NCBI GenBank assembly: GCA_036339735.1
Contig: JAYZAL010000004.1
Location: forward strand, 1-41,451
Length of the DNA: 41,451 bases
DNA from: Candidatus Poribacteria bacterium
Lineage (GTDB): Bacteria; Poribacteria; WGA-4E; UBA9662
Direction of reading: 5' to 3'
Shown here: positions 37,853 through 41,451 of the stretch, piece by piece
Position numbering within the stretch: position 1 is the first letter of the stretch
Layout of the letters: every line of letters starts with the position of its first letter
Made by a program: the position numbers and the translations under genes
The notes under the pieces: generated by a model
The model's input: the letters and a program-made list of their open reading frames with translations, nothing else
Told to the model about the DNA's origin: nothing
Database searches by the model: none

Positions 37853-38329
37853 TTAGATATTAGACTCGGGGGAACCAGTTGAATCTATACTTGTGGCTGG
37901 ACTTAGGTGCTGAATCATTGCAGTCAGAGCCAAATCGTAACTAAAGGCACCAAATCCAGCAATAGTACCCATTGCAATAGGAGCAATATAAGAATGGTGG
38001 CGGAATGATTCTCTACTATGCACATTAGACAGGTGGAGTTCAATAGTCGGTAGATTGACTGTGGTCAAAGCATCCCTAATAGAGACGCTAGTGTGTGTGT
38101 AAGCTGCAGCGTTGATCAGAATTCCATTAGCCCAATCGATATGTTCTCCAATAACACTAACTATTTGCCCTTCGTCATTGAATTGAAAGATCTTCAGGTT
38201 GACATTCTGTCGCTCAGCCACTTTGGTTAAATGCTGATTGATATCATCGAGTGTTTGGTATCCATAAATTTCGGGTTGCCTCCTTCCTAGAAGATGGAGA
38301 TTTGGACCATGAACCAGTAAGATATTCAT
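37853..38329 (-). CDS. aroQ: Type II 3-dehydroquinate dehydratase
   Basis: HGPNLHLLGRRQPEIYG, INAAAYTHTS, ELHLSNVHSRE.FRH.S. Confidence 0.96.
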   Translation of the reverse strand: MNILLVHGPNLHLLGRRQPEIYGYQTLDDINQHLTKVAERQNVNLKIFQFNDEGQIVSVIGEHIDWANGILINAAAYTHTSVSIRDALTTVNLPTIELHLSNVHSRESFRHHSYIAPIAMGTIAGFGAFSYDLALTAMIQHLSPATSIDSTGSPESNI

Positions 38330-38330
38330 A

Positions 38331-39467
38331 TCATTTAGCTTTCCGACACATTTCGATCGCTTTCATAATTTCGCTATCAGAAATGTCCTGGTGAATTTTT
38401 GCTTGGCCTATTTTTTGAGCTAGAACTAGCTTTAATGTACCACGGCTGGATTTTTTGTCCAAATGCATAGTCTGAAGTAGATCATCGGCAGAAATACTGC
38501 CTAGTGACAAATCAGATAGATTTAAAGGAAGGCCAACCGCTTGCAGAAGACGGTTTTGCCGTACAAGGTCAGTTGGCTGTAGAAGTTCTAGGTTGACAGA
38601 TAGTTGCGCGGCACAATTCATGCCAATGGCTACAGCCTCACCGTGGCGACATTGATGATAGTCGGCTAAGGTTTCGATGGCATGACCAAAGGTATGTCCA
38701 TAATTCAACGTCGCTCTAAGGTTTCTCTCTTTCTCGTCATTTTCAACAACCCACGCTTTGTCCCTGCAGGATTGAGCAATAGCTTCGATTAAGATATCAG
38801 TCTTGAGGCTTAACAAGTCAGATAGGTTTTGTTCAACCAGTTCAAACAAGGATTCATCCATAATCATTCCGTGTTTGATAATTTCAACAAAACCACAACG
38901 GACTTCACGCTCAGGTAAAGAATCCAGTGTCTCTACATCAATTAGAACCAATTTCGGTTGATGAAATGAACCGATCAAGTTTTTACCTCTAGAGTGGTTG
39001 ATAGCCGTTTTCCCTCCGACACTAGCGTCAACTTGAGCCAACAATGTGGTTGGCACTTGGATCCAACGAATACCACGCATGTAGGTTGAGGCAACAAAGC
39101 CTGCCAAGTCACCAATTACGCCACCACCGAAGGCAACAATCACTGATTGGCGGTCTAGTTGATGCTCAATCAAAGCATCCTGAACCCGCATGAACCACTC
39201 GATTGATTTATTCTGGTCTCCTGCAGGCACAGTAATCCAAATTGGTGAATTCACAACTGGTTTTAACCCTTTGACCATTTGATCACCAAATAGCTTAGCC
39301 ACTTTGGTATCAGCGATAATTGCCACCTTACTTGGGCTATCGATCTGCTTGGTAATCATTCCCCCAATTTGGCTTATTAACCCTTTCCCAACCCGAATAG
39401 GGTAACTATCATCACCAAGATCAACGGAGACTGTTCGACTAAAAGAAGGAGGATTTATAATTTGCAA
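38331..39467 (-). CDS. aroB: 3-dehydroquinate synthase
   Basis: GGGVIGDLAGF, PTTLLAQVDASVGGKT, KNLIG, LNYGHTFGHAIE, HGEAV, DKK; TTG start. Confidence 0.97.
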   Translation of the reverse strand: MQIINPPSFSRTVSVDLGDDSYPIRVGKGLISQIGGMITKQIDSPSKVAIIADTKVAKLFGDQMVKGLKPVVNSPIWITVPAGDQNKSIEWFMRVQDALIEHQLDRQSVIVAFGGGVIGDLAGFVASTYMRGIRWIQVPTTLLAQVDASVGGKTAINHSRGKNLIGSFHQPKLVLIDVETLDSLPEREVRCGFVEIIKHGMIMDESLFELVEQNLSDLLSLKTDILIEAIAQSCRDKAWVVENDEKERNLRATLNYGHTFGHAIETLADYHQCRHGEAVAIGMNCAAQLSVNLELLQPTDLVRQNRLLQAVGLPLNLSDLSLGSISADDLLQTMHLDKKSSRGTLKLVLAQKIGQAKIHQDISDSEIMKAIEMCRKAK

Positions 39468-39502
39468 AATTCAACAGATTACTAGTTGTTATCCATATAC
39501 AA

Positions 39503-40015
39503 TCATTCTATATAGGAAATAATTTCATTGGCAACTCGGTCAACAGAAACACCAGTAGTCTCAATTTGGTGGTCAGCCAATGCGTAATAGGGGGCACGCT
39601 TATCCAAAAGCGTTTCAATTTTTTTCAGCGGGTCTGGCCCACGAAGCAATGGGCGGCTTTGGCTACTTCGAACTCTGTCCCAAATGGCTTTTGGTGTAGC
39701 GTTCAGGCAAAATACCGGACCTCCTGTCCTCAGCAAATCAATATTGCTTGACCTCAGTACAACCCCACCGCCAGTGGCAACAACCTGATTTTTCATCAAG
39801 GCAACCGATTTTACAGCTTGGCTCTCCAAGTCACGAAAGTAGACCTCTCCGTGTTCGGCAAAAATATCAGAAATCTTGGCCTTACTGGTCTGTTCGATCA
39901 CATCATCGGTATCAATGAAGTGGAATCCTAACTTTTGGGCTATCACTCGACCTACGGTTGATTTCCCCGTTCCCATAAAACCCACTAAGACGATGTTGGC
40001 AGACAGCTGGCGCAA
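39503..40015 (-). CDS. aroK: Shikimate kinase
   Basis: GFMGTGKST, DTD, GE.YFRDLE, ATGGG, RPLL; TTG start. Confidence 0.96.
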   Translation of the reverse strand: MRQLSANIVLVGFMGTGKSTVGRVIAQKLGFHFIDTDDVIEQTSKAKISDIFAEHGEVYFRDLESQAVKSVALMKNQVVATGGGVVLRSSNIDLLRTGGPVFCLNATPKAIWDRVRSSQSRPLLRGPDPLKKIETLLDKRAPYYALADHQIETTGVSVDRVANEIISYIE

Positions 40016-40036
40016 TTAGGTATCATACTCCATCTT

Positions 40037-40072
40037 TTATGGTCTATAGTAGTACAGACACACCACGCCCAT
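40037..40072 (-). CDS. Candidate leader peptide MGVVCLYYYRP upstream of aroK
   Basis: ATG GGC GTG GTG TGT CTG TAC TAC TAT AGA CCA TAA on the minus strand; no clear Shine-Dalgarno sequence. Confidence 0.3.
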   Translation of the reverse strand: MGVVCLYYYRP

Positions 40073-40128
40073 TGCTACTAATAGAGCGACAATGACAAAT
40101 TTGGTCTATACCCCTTTGCAAGAAAGGA

Positions 40129-40137
40129 ATTATAACA
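40129..40137 (-). promoter_or_regulatory. Extended -10 sigma70 promoter for the aro operon
   Basis: TGTTATAAT (TGnTATAAT) on the minus strand about 115 bp upstream of aroK; no good -35 element. Confidence 0.5.
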
Positions 40138-40291
40138 TAATCTGCGATGCATCCACATCAATAATATCATATCTTGAACTTTCGTTGGCAATCAGTTGAT
40201 AGTGAATAAATCGGCGATCCAATTACTTGATCGATTAGTCCAATGCGTTGTATAGACAGGCATAATAAATGGAACTGGAGTCAGAAGTAAG

Positions 40292-41437
40292 ATGGTTTAC
40301 GATATGGTGATCATTGGTGGGGGAATCAAAGGTCTTTGTACCCTCTATCATTCGCTGAGACTGGGCTGTCGCTCGGTAGCTCTCGTAGAACAATTTCAGA
40401 TTGGACACGTAAAAGGCAGTTCTCATGGCCAAAGCCGGATCACCCGAAGCAGCTATGTTTCTCCGGTTTATGTCCGGCTAATGCATCAAGTACATAGTGA
40501 AGAGTGGCCTCGGCTACAAGCCGACACGGGAGCACATCTCTTGCACCCAACACCAGGCTGTATTTGGGGACCAGCAGGAGGGCAAATACAGAAATATGCC
40601 AAGTCGGTTTTGCAAACTGGTACTTCTGTTGAACAAATTGATGTGCGAACAGCTCGCCGTCGTTTCCCAATGTTCCATTTCACAAATGACGATCTCGTTC
40701 TGGATGATACTACATGTGCATTAGTGGATGCCCAGACTACTATCAAATCGTTAGCGAGAATATGTGTAGAAAAAGGGGCAGACCTACTAGAAAATGAGGC
40801 AGTAGTGGAATTGGACCTGAAAAGAGATCCAATTCAGGTGCGAACTAACCGTGGCGTTCTGATGACAAATCGACTGGCCATTACCGCTGGGCCTTGGTCT
40901 AGTCAATTATTACCAGAGTTATCCAGACCGCTTTCAGTCACAAATCAATGTGTCGGTTATTTTGAATTGGCTGGTGAGCCTAACCAGTTTCAGGTTGGTC
41001 AGTTCCCCGTGTGGATCTATTTAGGTTTAGGGAAGAATAATACTTATTATGGTCTTCCTCAATTCAGCCATGAAGGCATCAAGCTAGCACGGCACGTGAC
41101 CATGGGACAAACAGCTGATCTAGACTCGCTTAGACAATCTTCTGATCTGGCAATTTTGGATTTGAGACAATTTTTGAACCGTCATTTCCAACATTCAATC
41201 CAGCGATTTTGTCGGGCCGAATACTGTCTTTATACCAATACTGAGACAGAGGACTACCTGATTGATTTTTATCCAGAAAAATCCAATGTGGTAGTTGGTG
41301 CAGGCTTTTCAGGACATGGTTTTAAGCTAGCACCATTGACTGGGAGAATTATAGCTGAGTTGTTGATTTGCCAAAAAACTACCGTACCTGAGTTTGAGGC
41401 CAAAAGTTCAAGAGAAATATTTAAATGGGTTCGTTAA
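40292..41437 (+). CDS. Monomeric sarcosine oxidase / N-methyl-L-tryptophan oxidase (SolA) family flavoprotein
   Basis: IIGGGI.G, GSSHGQSRITR, TAGPW, CLYTNT (covalent-FAD Cys), GFSGHGFK; GGAG upstream. Confidence 0.88.
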   Translation: MVYDMVIIGGGIKGLCTLYHSLRLGCRSVALVEQFQIGHVKGSSHGQSRITRSSYVSPVYVRLMHQVHSEEWPRLQADTGAHLLHPTPGCIWGPAGGQIQKYAKSVLQTGTSVEQIDVRTARRRFPMFHFTNDDLVLDDTTCALVDAQTTIKSLARICVEKGADLLENEAVVELDLKRDPIQVRTNRGVLMTNRLAITAGPWSSQLLPELSRPLSVTNQCVGYFELAGEPNQFQVGQFPVWIYLGLGKNNTYYGLPQFSHEGIKLARHVTMGQTADLDSLRQSSDLAILDLRQFLNRHFQHSIQRFCRAEYCLYTNTETEDYLIDFYPEKSNVVVGAGFSGHGFKLAPLTGRIIAELLICQKTTVPEFEAKSSREIFKWVR

Positions 41438-41451
41438 TCGAAAGAATTATG

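Noticed and set aside
1-41451. CRISPR arrays, tRNA/rRNA genes, transposases, integrases, prophage or defence genes
   Set aside because: No regularly spaced repeats, cloverleaf signatures or matching protein motifs seen by eye.

Overview
A gene-dense, AT-rich bacterial chromosome segment with about 33 intact CDSs. I found no rRNA, tRNA, CRISPR array or transposase. The gene content (two phytanoyl-CoA dioxygenase-family genes, a LamG protein ending in ..EKLATKWATLKR, several sugar oxidoreductases, a TonB-dependent receptor) points to a diderm organism, most likely Candidatus Poribacteria; this is an inference. Left to right: a 7TM class III adenylate cyclase; a Gfo/Idh/MocA oxidoreductase; a consensus sigma54 promoter in front of two exported, paralogous prenyltransferase/squalene-cyclase-repeat proteins, then a TonB-dependent receptor and a rhodanese, facing a histidine kinase/NtrC pair; a SASA esterase; a badly broken DUF4175-like pseudogene followed by a PhyH-fold enzyme with a halogenase-type HxG iron motif and a divergent nagA; an ECF sigma/zinc anti-sigma/TPR operon; an intergenic region rich in inverted repeats; a ClpX-like ATPase without the zinc finger; a CysE-like acyltransferase, a BNR protein, an amidohydrolase, a second PhyH, LamG, Zn dehydrogenases; the aroK-aroB-aroQ-(DapA-like)-efp-accB-accC block with a Tyr-Tyr-Tyr leader ORF; and a SolA-like oxidase. 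Best leads: the sigma54-driven cyclase-fold/TBDR module, the candidate radical halogenase, the C-terminal sorting-like motif, and the YYY leader peptide. All family calls come from reading motifs by eye; no searches were run.
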